From Octopus sinensis (taxonomy: Eukaryota), in the NCBI RefSeq assembly GCF_006345805.1, contig NC_042997.1, positions 7,750,001 through 7,814,000 on the forward strand: DNA of 64,000 nucleotides. Direction: 5' to 3'. A program made the translations under genes and the position numbers. The notes beneath the pieces were generated by a model that was not told the origin of the DNA, made no database searches, and was given only the letters and a program-made list of their open reading frames with translations. Numbering within the stretch: position 1 is the first letter of the stretch; the number at the start of each line of letters is the position of its first letter. Below, piece after piece: positions 1-11,509 of this stretch.

Positions 1-911
1 CACCTGGAAACAATAACATTAATAATTATAATTGTCTTCATAAGAAATATATAATTAAGATTTGTCGACCACCTTAAATAGCCTCGAAAAAAATTTTCTT
101 TTTCTTCTGCGTTAATGATGCTCACGTTCGTTACGATTATTATACAATATAATATTTTGATACGTGACGAAAGACAGAGGTAGGGGAAGAGAGAGAACGA
201 GTAATAAAGAAAGGAAAAGATATTTTGGAATATGTAAAAGAATGTTGGCTGCTGAAAAGAGAGAAAGACGTGCACAATGAAAGAGAGAGAGGAATTGGTG
301 GGAATAACAGAGGAAGATAATTGGTTTATGAGAACATCAATTACCTTCATTAGCTTTAGGAAGAAATTGTTTAAAAAGTACTATTTTATAACAGTTTAGC
401 CGCTGGATATATTATAGTGATGTTTTTGTTTTCACTATGACAAATACATTACAATAATATATAAACATATAGAGCATGCATATCCTATACTTATTGTAGA
501 ACATATGTATTAAAAAAATCGGATACCTGACATTTTAAATAATAGATAAATATTAACTTGGAAAACAAAAGGTTCTTTTATTAATATTTGTACATAAAGG
601 AGTAGTCCGATGTCGTATCTCTAACGATTACACTTTAGGTAGCATCTGCAGCATATACACGAACAATACACACATATGTGTGTATGCACACATATATGCG
701 TCTATAGCTTTCTTCTCGAAATAATCTGCAGATTTTATTTGAAGATTATGTCTAGAAGAAAGCTATAATATAATGAGAATGAATTGAAACCTAGTTAATG
801 AGAGAGATGAAAAAGTTTCCTCATGTAAACACATGACAAAATTCCTATTCATTAATCTAAAATAACTATATGTGTGTGTATGTGTATATATATGTGTGTA
901 TATATATACAT

Positions 912-1191
912 ATTCTTTTATTATTTATGCGCCTTTTTCATGCCTAGCCAGATTCATTGGCCCTGTTTCCCAGTTTCTGTGGCGTATGTGTTTCCCCCGC
1001 AGCGTTACTCAAGAAACAGGAAGAAAGAGTGAGAGAAATTTGTGGCGAATGAGTACAACGGGGGTCGCCACCACCCCCTGCCGCAGCCTCGTGGAACTTT
1101 AGGTGTTTTCGCTCGATAAACACACACAACACCCGGTCTGGGAATCGAAACCGCGATTCTACTGCCCTTACCACTGGGCCATTGCACCTCC
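912..1191 (-). mobile_element. tRNA-derived SINE (head family 3)
   Basis: Minus strand begins GGTGCAATGGCCCAGTGGTAAGGGC (A-box-like) then GGTTTCGATTCCCAG (B-box). Head and central part are shared with the 13074 copy, but the 3' tail differs. Confidence 0.85.
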
Positions 1192-1248
1192 ACTACATAT
1201 ACATATATATATATGTATGTATAAATGCATACACACAGACACACACAC

Positions 1249-1288
<40 letters not shown>

Positions 1289-1300
1289 TATGTATGTATA
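1190..1300. repeat. (AT)n/(AC)n microsatellite
   Basis: Direct reading. Confidence 0.95.
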
Positions 1301-1721
1301 TTAATTTGTAGGGTAATATATAAATTCATGTTATGATATGGATAACACGAAATCTCCACCTGCGGATCCGGATAGCAAACTACATAGTTATCAAATTTAG
1401 TGGACGAAAATGCTGAGTTCTCTGCTACTGAAATCTAGAAAATCCAATCAATGTAGAGAATAATAATCATAAATTGTCAAGAGGTATGAGAGGTGAATAT
1501 ATTTATTCAATCACTTATATTTAAGATTATGGCAGTTTCGTAGACTTCAACATGCAGTATTTTTAGTGTACGGGGAATTATGTTGTGCCTGCATCAGTAT
1601 GTATACTACGCTTTGTAGAATACGGTTGTATAATTTCAAATGATGGAGTAAATTTGTGATTATCCGAGCGCTTGTGGTTATGCATATCGATGTGTATATT
1701 TATATGTACTCACACATACAT

Positions 1722-1950
<229 letters not shown>

Positions 1951-1954
<4 letters not shown>

Positions 1955-2170
1955 AATCCAAACGGGAAAACAAAAAAACAACAACACGTGGAACAATTAC
2001 AGTATTATTATTGATAGGCGCTCAGGAAATATGGAAGCAGGAAGGTATGACGTTTCGAGCGGAGCTCTTCGTCGGAAACATAAAGAAGGAAGAGAGAGGA
2101 AAGAAAGATCCCAAAGTGGGCAACAAGAGATGGAGAAAAAAAAAACGACTGGTGTTTACGATTACACATG
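1951..2170 (-). mobile_element. Penelope-pLTR-like repeat carrying a hammerhead-like motif (copy 1; copy 2 at 10627-10845)
   Basis: Homologous to 10627-10845 (TTAATCCAAAC...ACGTTTCGAGCGGAGCTCTTCGTCGGAAACATA), flanked by (AT)n on both sides. Minus strand has CCGACGA-stem-GAAACGTC. The Penelope assignment is inferred from the motif only. Confidence 0.55.
2045..2079 (-). ncRNA. Minimal type I hammerhead-like motif, non-canonical core (CCGACGA)
   Basis: GUUU-CCGACGA-A-GAGC(UCC)GCUC-GAAA-CG-UC/AUAC: perfect 4-bp helix II, palindromic ACGU helix III, GUC site, helix I 3 of 4 pairs. Confidence 0.45.
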
Positions 2171-2203
2171 GTGTATATATATATATATATACACATTTAC
2201 ATA

Positions 2204-2768
2204 CAGAGTAATTTCTGACTTTACGAGGACCCGTTTTACGAGATCCCCGGTTTACGAGTTTCATTTTATAATGAATATAAAAAGTTTATAGTACAAGATC
2301 CAACGAATTGCAAGTTTTTCTACTACTATCAAAATGCCTCTGCTTGTTACCACGAACTTTAAAGAGACTGAATAAAATTGCTTCTTTTAAGCGAACACCT
2401 CTAGACTTTTTTCTTCAAAAGAAATTTTCGAGTCCGCCAACGAAACTCTGTGAATCGGCAATCGCATCTACAAGTGATGGTGTTCTGGGGTTTAGTGCGA
2501 GTGAAAGTGATTCAGAAAGTGATCATGATGATAATATTTTTATTATAACTGATCTTGACCTTGTTTTTACTTTACGTAAAATATTCATTACATTCTACTG
2601 TTGTTTTAGTGCTAGTTATCTACTAGTATTATAAAGTTTATAGGTAAAATATTTTTCTGGGAAGGAATTACCATTTATAACATTGATACTATGGGAAATT
2701 ATTGCTCTGCTTTAAGAGTTCTGAGCGGTCTCCCGGAACAAATTAAGTCATATATTGAAGTTTTACTG
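2204..2768 (+). mobile_element. Tigger/pogo-like DNA transposon deletion derivative
   Basis: TA|CAG...CTG|TA ends; repeated TTACGAG near the left end; right end GGAACAAATTAAG...TTTTACTGTA; remnant transposase C-terminus FKRTPLDFFL...SESDSESD. Confidence 0.7.
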
Positions 2769-2809
2769 TATTGCTACCATTGCTTTAATTATCATCATCA
2801 TCAACATTC

Positions 2810-2853
<44 letters not shown>
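2810..2853. repeat. (TTA)n microsatellite
   Basis: Direct reading. Confidence 0.95.
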
Positions 2854-4310
2854 GGATTGATACAAAAAAAAACAACTTAAATATCACAATGTCGACTCAA
2901 CAAACCTGCAACAATCTCAAATGAAATTTCGGTTTCATATCGTACAATAATCTACCACGTGGATAAACTAACTACAATCTTTCCACCTACCGGAGCCCAA
3001 GACAAACAACAGCAACAAAAGCCACTACACCTACGACCACAACAGCAACAATTACAATTTCCATCGCAACAGCGGCAGTCACAATCAGGACTACTGCAAC
3101 GGAACCCTTCAGCCCGATACATCACTGCATTCAACACTAACACCTTCAACATCATCACTACTACTATCATATACTATTACTTCCACTAATACTACCAGTC
3201 ATCAACTACGCCCTCCTGTTTTTCCCACTACATTTGCCCCAACGTCACCACAACCAAACTCAAATAGCACTATTACCACTACTACCTCTGCGACGGACCA
3301 TCTACTACGCCTTCTCCCCTGTGTGTAGAGTAGCAGCTTCTTTATGCCTCTTCCAGTAGCTAAGCTATTTTACTGATGAAATTTTCCTGTTGTAACAGCG
3401 CTAAACGCCTCAAGTTCCACTATAAATTAAACTCTATGGGGCAAACACAGTTTAGATCAGTAAGCCAAACTGCTAAAGACAAATTTCTTCCATTGAACCA
3501 GAATATTTTTCCGGTCTCATGCACTGAAAGGGAGCAGGATACGTGTCTATGTACATCTGTGGGCGTGTAGTGGGAAATGTACATGCAATATGTATTTTAA
3601 TTTATTTAAATACATTAATATCTTGATATACGTATACACTTGCGTTTTAATAATTACTGTTGTTATAAATGCCTAAGATAACAAGTACAAAGCATATAAA
3701 TCACATCTTTGACTTGAATGAATCTAGGTTTAATTTGATTCGTCTATGATTATTGATCAGTAAGATACTAGGATGGAAGTGTGCGTATTAAGATAATGTA
3801 GTATGTTATAGGATTATTTCCTGAAAATCTGTGAGCCACTTAATTATTTGACCTACTATTTTAATACATTCTTTTTTTTTCATAATTAATAACCCGTTAG
3901 GATTTTCTATATATGTTACTCTAAACAATTTTAGAGTGTTCCAAATATTATTGATCCCCACAATTAAAAAAAATATAGTGAAAAATTTTGTCAAGTACGT
4001 TTCAGTAGGACGTTACGTGCTGTCGAAACTAATGGAATGCAAAATATTTCATAATGAACGCAGTTTAACAGACAAGAAGTATATATGTATATATAACATA
4101 TGTGACTCATATTTCTCTATTCGTATGATCATTAGAGATGTTTTTGAAGTCATTTTTTTCAACTTTGAAACAAACAGTAATTTCAGACTTCAGACATACA
4201 CACATAATATATGCACATTCGGGTATTATTGAGTGTGCACGCGTGTGTGTGTGTGTTAAATGTTATATATATGTAGGAAACATTGAAACGCCTACATTAA
4301 AAAAAAAAAA

Positions 4311-5000
4311 TATGCGAGGTGTGTTCGACTTTATTTTTTCCCTCTGAAATTAATACCACGCGGACGAAATCTTTAGGGTCAGAGATAAGACATACCTTCT
4401 GCGCATGCATGAAAATGTTCGTACCCGTAAGCCTTGTCAGTTCCCGGCTGTCACAACTAGAGTTTAAACGTGTAATGCAGGCTACTGGGATTTTCGTTTT
4501 CTCCGAACGCAGCCTTTGACCATGAAACCATATTCAAAACCCAGGTCAAGGTGTGGTACAACAGCCTCCAGCATAGCTGCACCTCTTTGGAGAGCGAGGC
4601 ATGCTCAAGGTAAGCATCCACAAGCCGAAATGAGGAGCCGCTTTAGAAGGTTCGGTGAATAGTCATGGAAGGCTGTAGTGTAATAATGAAGGACATTGCT
4701 CACGAAGTGGGTATAAGAACAAGATCAGTGCATTCCATTTTAACGGAGGGATTGTGCATGTAGTGAGTGTCTGTGAAATTCGACCCAAGGTGCTGGTGGA
4801 GTAGCAGAAACAATTCCATATGAAAATCGTTCGGGACATGCTAGAGTATGGAAAACATGACCCATACTTCATGAAAACCATTATCATTGGTGATGAACTA
4901 TAAATTAGCGATGTGTCCGGTCATCTTGCACGAAAACGAAAATCCAAGAAGCGCGCTCTAGACATCTGTTTTCTGGTCGTGACTAACGTGAAGTGATGCG
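4311..5000 (+). mobile_element. Mariner transposase relic (left end plus N-terminal half)
   Basis: TIR-like TATGCGAGGTGTGTTC at 4311. Broken frames read VKVWYNSLQHSCTSLESEACSR*ASTSRNEE...MEGCSVIMKDIAHEVGIRTRSVHSILTEGLCM**VSVKFDP..QKQFHMKIVRDMLEYGKHDPYFMKTIIIGDE, matching the mariner HTH/linker and first catalytic D (ITGDE). Confidence 0.85.
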
Positions 5001-7087
5001 GCAGAAATATTTTCACATATGCGCAGTAAGATTAGAGTCACTTTCAACACAAAAGATTATACCCATGCACCATTACTTTTGGCAGGACAATAACGATGGA
5101 TGCCGTTTGAACGCACCTTATACGTTCGTATATTACATCCATAGTACATGTGACCGACAACAATGAAATATAACATATTCGATTAATCTGTCTTTATTAT
5201 ATCTTACTGTTTAAAAGCTCTGTAATACAATATAGATTTAATCACGAGAGATCTGTAAATTCGGAATGGAAATGACATCCCCTTCACATATCTATACAAA
5301 ATCAGACAACATGACGAAATGAGACGAACAAATTTACCGTTTCTGCTATCATTAAGATGATAGCAGAAATGCCAATCACACCTAATATTTAAAAAAAGAG
5401 AGAGAATTATCGCTTTGATGGCGACATATTTTAATAACTTTTTAAAATACAGTTAAATGCAGAGTGCAATTAAATCTGAATTTTTAGGTTAGTTGTATAT
5501 GGAAAATGATAAATAATGCTTATTATGTCGAATTATACGTCAAATTACAGAAATAAAATGTGATTATTAGAAAATGAGAAAAAGAAAAGTAAAAAAATTC
5601 TTTTACATTTCACTATGAAAGAATTGGAAATTACAAGGAAAAATTAAGAAAATTAAGAGACATATGAAAGAAATATGCAGATAATTAGAGAACGAGAAAT
5701 TATTTCAGATTTCCAACCAACATGTGTTCGATTGCCAGCAGAAAGTAGTAGATAAGTCTGTATCTAATTATAAGTTCGTTCCCGTAAAAATCAGCTATTG
5801 AAGATTGGTGTCCGGTTCAGAATTAAGATATGTCTAAAGAAATACTCGTATACCATGGATAATTAACAGTAAAGCATACATTAATATTTCGTTTGACTGT
5901 GCATATTGGAAAGCAAATGTTACTTGCAAATTGTCCTGAAAAAAAAAATTATAAAATCACTTAGTTGTTTGTAATTATTCATATCGACATTTCCCAGACC
6001 GTCGCTAAGCTTCTCTAAATCTCCCAATCAATGTAAATAATTACCCAAAAATAAAAGCAATACCAATTTGCGGTTAAAATAAAAGTTTAAAAAATCCTTT
6101 ATTATTTATCGCATGAGACTTTCAGTCAAATGTACACAATAGACATACTATTAAGAAGTATTTTCAGAATGTCATAAAATAAAAGCTGATTAAATACCTA
6201 AGAAAAAAATAATGAAAAACTTTATTTAAATAATTTCTTCTTAATGGCATGAAATTAAGAACAGAAACTATCGAGTGCTTGCGACGAAACAAGGAAAAGG
6301 GAATGCTATTGAGTGTTAAGTGCGATAGTAACATGAAAAATCATCTGCGTAAAATACGAAATTGTCAATCATTAGAAGCATTACACTGACACAAAGCAAA
6401 GCTAAATGTATTGTTGGATTGAACCACTTCATTCTCCATTAATTATTTGTATGGTGGAAACAATGTAGAAATAAACAATTGAAAACCAAATTCAGAAGAT
6501 ACACGCAGATAAGTACCTACATTGTGCAGCATGTATATTCTGTTACTATATGGTTTCCCTCATTACAAATGTTAAAAATTAGAATATAAAGTTGATATTC
6601 TGCAATCAATAACGTTCCGTCAAATTAAATAACATACGAAATAGAGTCATCTTACAAGAGAATCGAAAAATGGATCATCTCACACAGTGATTAATATCTG
6701 AATACATGCAGTATAAATAGGCAGAGGAGTATATTACGAAAGCAAATAGAAATTAATAGATTTCAGTATGGCTATAAGTATATGCAATCACATGAATACA
6801 TAGGAAGTCGTTATTGACTTGCGGTAACAAGTTCCAGAAAATAGCAATTTGATACAAATTTATATAGATATTTAAACAACAGAATACGTAGGACGTGTAA
6901 TGCACTCTATATTATGTTATATGATAAATACGTTAACTACACTGAAGGAGATACTGTAAATATTTGAATCATGTTTATTATAGTGTATGTTTAACATCAT
7001 TGGTCAACGAAGATGGTAATAATCACATGTAAGATTGGTGAAGCTTGTTAAAAGAGTATTTTTCATAATTTTATTGACGAAAAATAC

Positions 7088-7224
7088 TTATGTAGCTCTG
7101 TGGTAAGAAGCTTGCTACCCAATCACATGGTTCTGCGTTCAGTCCCACTGCGTGCCACATTGGGCAAGTGAATTTTACGAAAGGCCCGGGTCGACCAAAA
7201 CCTTCTTCAGTGGAGTTGGTAGAC
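7088..7224 (+). mobile_element. SINE family 2, 5' head fragment
   Basis: Degenerate match to the head of 38742-39155 (TGTGGTAAGAAGCTTGCT...GGTTCTGCGTTCAGTCCCACTGCGTG). Confidence 0.8.
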
Positions 7225-9244
7225 AGTGGGCAGCGTACTAAAAAGTTAATTGGTTAATTTACATTTAAGTATAATTATAACATATAATTATAATAAGGGC
7301 GCTGAAAACGACAATGCCTGTACGCTAGAAATAGACTCCAAATTGTCTACAAATGACTTAAGCCATTACTCCATTACCACAAGTTTGTACGCGAGGAAAA
7401 TAGACAGAAATGTTTTTTTAAATATTTTGAACAAAACTTTATCTCAACATTTCTTGGTTTATGATATTTAAAACATTTCCCACTCTTCACTAGCGTAAAC
7501 CAATCATAAATAAATGAGAAATACATATACATACCATAGATAAACGGTCGTACAAATACGAGCATATACATACGTATATAGGAAGAAAAACCTGAATGTC
7601 CATTTCAACAGCGTGGTTATTTACAGAGAATAATTCAGCAGTAAATACGTTTGTAGAGGGAATTAATATATATATTTATAAATAATTAGCACAAAGTCAT
7701 TACTTAATGATTTGTCAGTGGCCAGTTTACTGACAAGATCATAATGGTTAATTTACATTTAAGTATAATTATAAAATAAAATTATAATATACCGTAAACA
7801 TCAGATGAAAAATAATTTTACAAGCGTACAGCAGGGATGTGGCTGAAGTTTGTCGAGGACAACTATGAAATGGGAGAATGACCAACAAGGTTGGCCGTTG
7901 AGGTTGGGTACATAGTTCGTGAAAGTGTGTAATATGATATCTAAGGTGAGCGACCCGGTGACAAGAATCTGCAAGACTGGATCTTAGGTAGACTGGAGTG
8001 GGTTGTAGGTTATATTTTACTATAGTAGGCTTAGGGCAGTAGCACTTAAGGAGAGGTCCTAATATGAATTAAGGATAAAGTAAGTAACAAGAAATAAAGT
8101 AAAATTAAGGGTGAAGAATAATAAAAGAATACTAGTCAATCAGGCAGAGGGTCGGTGTTTAGGATTCACTAGCTAATACTAAAGGACAAAGAGAGGAAGC
8201 AGACATACACAGAATTTAGGGGTATTCTGTGGATATTGGTTGGAAGTTGTGAGACGATACGAAGACAGTAGAATAATAAAATCTAACTTTTATAGAATTG
8301 TAGTGTTCGTAAAATTAGCGTACTACTTATTAAGGAGTTTAAGGAAGGAGGGGTTATATAATTAACTACGCCTAGCACGGAGATAGAAGAAATACCAGAC
8401 CGGATATCAAAGAAAACTAGCAGTGGGGAATAGTCTAATGATTAACAACATGGATTGTTATAAAGGTAGCGTTGATATCATTTAATTAGATAGTATACTC
8501 ACCTTTGCTTGAATCAGGTAATGCAACTCCAGACAATAGTCGAAAGTAAGAGGTTTGGATAGTGTGTTCTCTTTATTATTTAACAAGTGTAGCTCAGATA
8601 ACTCTATCTTGGTGTAAGGGTTACATACCTAGTAGAATTGGAAAAGAACTCTCTAGGATTAGTAGGCTGCTATTTCTACTTCTACGTTAAGCATATTTGC
8701 TATATATAAAACCTGGTACGCTACATATAGAATGGTTAGTTCCCTCAATACAGTACACCAAGCAAAAATAGTAAGAGCAGTTAGAAATAGTAAGGGAAAC
8801 GAGACTTGAAGGACTCAGATGGAGGGAGTAAATTAGGCTAGTAAATTATAGAGTTTGTTTCATGTCCTTGAAATATCTAAACGTGCTCGTAGCCTTCTGT
8901 ACACAGGAAAGACGGACGTCTAGTTTATAATTTAGAAAATTGTCACTATATGCTCTCTCGGCCCCATGTAGCAAAGCCTGCTCCCGTATCTGCTGTTTAT
9001 GCGCTGTTTAGCGACCATAATGATATCCCAAATCAAATCGAACTTAACAACAATGTTTATTCCCACTATTGATGACCCATTACTCGTTCAATCTATTAGT
9101 TTCCGAGTTATGTTAGTTTTGTTTCCCCTTACTATTACTTATTATTCGATTGCCCCAATTTTTCAGAACCATCTACCGGTTGTAACATGGAAGCGTTTTC
9201 CATTCACAGTCAGTTTAGACAATATCTTACAGGCGACAACAGTA

Positions 9245-9371
9245 TGCCAAGCGAATCTTGGTCAACCTGAGACTATAGTAGAAGACACTTTCGTGAGATG
9301 TCACGCAGTGCGACTGAACTCAAAATAATGTGATTGGGAAGCAATCTTCTTAGCACATAGACACGCCTGTA
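9245..9371 (-). mobile_element. SINE family 2, degenerate head fragment
   Basis: GACTATAGTAGAAGACACTT...CACGCAGTGCGACTGAAC matches the reverse complement of the family 2 head. Confidence 0.7.
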
Positions 9372-9493
9372 TATATAAAAACCGTCCAACGGAGCAATCT
9401 CATTTATGTGAAAACGGAACTTTACTCCATGATAGATTCAACTGAAGTTAACAGTCTTAAATATACTACTTCTTTTGATCGTTATATAACATT

Positions 9494-9494
<1 letters not shown>

Positions 9495-9561
<67 letters not shown>

Positions 9562-9582
9562 GTATGCATGTATATATATATG
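9495..9582. repeat. (AT)n/(ATGT)n microsatellite
   Basis: Direct reading. Confidence 0.95.
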
Positions 9583-10489
9583 TCTCCGTGTAGCTTTCCT
9601 TTGTACATTATAGTGAAGGAACTCTTTAACAATAACGTTGCTAAAAGAATTATACATGAACCATTCAGTTTAGCATACACCTAATTCACCCGTGCATAAA
9701 TTAGGCCGATTGTATATAAAATGAAATATTTCTTAGATAAATATCTATATTCCTGCAATATCGTCATATATATTTCTGCTTCTTCTACACTAAATACTTG
9801 CTTTCATATATATAACTAAAAAATAAATTATTATTTAGGAAAATACGAGTAAACAAATACTTCAGACAAAACTCGACGTGCTATCACTAATACTTTTACA
9901 AATATTGTTGGCTCTGCAAATAAATTTTAAAACATTCGTAAACAATAAAAGCAAATAAAATAAATACACACACACGTAAACATGCAGACTCAAACACACA
10001 CGGACACACACACATATACAGGTACATTTATATGTGTGCATACGTACGTATGTGTCGGTTCGTGTATGTGTATATGTGCATGAAGGATAACGGAGAATAT
10101 TAAATATTTAATCCTGTGAAGAGTATATGAACAAGACAAAACTGATAACTTATTGTATCGTAGATTCAAGCACCATGTGTTTTGTTATTGGCGTTATTAT
10201 TGTCAATGTCAACGTTAGACTTATTTTGTCTTTATAGCACTTTAATATTCTACATTTGCTTTTTCATCGTTTCTTGAAATGCTTTTTTCTGGAAATACTA
10301 TAATACTATTAAGGATACTTTTGTTTTCACTATCGTAGATGAGAAATTGTTTTCCCAAAATTTACTCGTATTGTTTCATTTTTAATATCATTAATAACTC
10401 TTTCCCTCTATCACTTTTATCATAATCAAAGTGAGATACGTCAAATAATGTTAATTGCCTTCACTCATATACGAAAATCATGCACACAT

Positions 10490-10538
10490 TCTTACACACA
10501 CACAAACACACACACAACATACACACACACACACACAC

Positions 10539-10626
<88 letters not shown>
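10490..10626. repeat. (CA)n-(AT)n microsatellite
   Basis: Direct reading. Confidence 0.95.
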
Positions 10627-10630
<4 letters not shown>

Positions 10631-10845
10631 ATCCAAACAAGAAAGCACAAAAAAACACAACGTAGGACGTGGGACAAATATAGTATTATTGGACGCTCAG
10701 GAAAGAAGGAAGAAGGAAGGAGGGTTTAACGTTTCGAGCGGAGTTCTTCGTCGGAAACATAGGAGAAGTAAAGATCCAGAGAAAAGAAGACAGAGGGTAA
10801 AAAAATCGCCAACGGTACACACGCGGTCACATTTTGAATGGATGC
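10627..10845 (-). mobile_element. Penelope-pLTR-like repeat with hammerhead-like motif (copy 2)
   Basis: Homologous to 1951-2170; minus strand 10724-10758 reads GUUU-CCGACGA-A-GAAC(UCC)GCUC-GAAA-CG-UU/AAAC. Confidence 0.55.
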
Positions 10846-10855
10846 ACACACGCAA

Positions 10856-10905
<50 letters not shown>

Positions 10906-10931
10906 TTTATTTTAAGCAGCAGAAAATTCAA

Positions 10932-10981
10932 CAAAATCTGTTACTCTGAGTTTCTCGTTGCCGTTCATCAGACAGTTTTTG
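10932..10981 (-). ncRNA. Type I hammerhead ribozyme motif (mirror copy in left arm)
   Basis: Exact reverse complement of 11201-11250. Confidence 0.65.
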
Positions 10982-11200
10982 CTAGAATGGAACATATATA
11001 TTAATTCAATCTATACTCTTACAAACGCTACACCTTTAAAAAGAAATGGACTTGTTTGATTGGCCCTTTAGAAAAAAACCGTCAATCTTCGAGCGATAAA
11101 CCGTTTTTTTCTAAAGGGCCAATCAAACAAGTCCATTTCTTTTTAAAGGTGTAGCGTTTGTAAGAGTATAGATTGAATTAATATATATGTTCCATTCTAG

Positions 11201-11250
11201 CAAAAACTGTCTGATGAACGGCAACGAGAAACTCAGAGTAACAGATTTTG
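11201..11250 (+). ncRNA. Type I hammerhead ribozyme motif
   Basis: Helix I CAAAAACUGU/ACAGAUUUUG (9 of 10 pairs), CUGAUGA core, helix II A-CG(GCAA)CG-A, GAAA, quasi-palindromic helix III ACUC-A-GAGU, GUA cleavage site after 11240. Confidence 0.65.
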
Positions 11251-11349
11251 TTGAATTTTCTGCTGCTTAAAATAAAGCATATTACTCTACCACTGGTATT
11301 TGAGTACTCTTTTTTCCACCTTGTTTCACATTTATGTGTTTACTCCGGT

Positions 11350-11436
11350 CTATATATATATATATATAATATATATATGGTCATATATCTATGTGTATAC
11401 GTATTAATATATCTACAGACATATATACATATATAT

Positions 11437-11505
<69 letters not shown>
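11350..11505. repeat. (AT)n microsatellite
   Basis: Direct reading. Confidence 0.95.
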
Positions 11506-11508
<3 letters not shown>

Positions 11509-11509
11509 G

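Larger units (their letters stand above)
10905..11277. repeat. Perfect 175-bp inverted repeat with 23-bp spacer
   Basis: 10905-11079 is the exact reverse complement of 11103-11277 by manual comparison. The right arm runs on in non-mirrored sequence to about 11349, then (AT)n. Confidence 0.95.
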
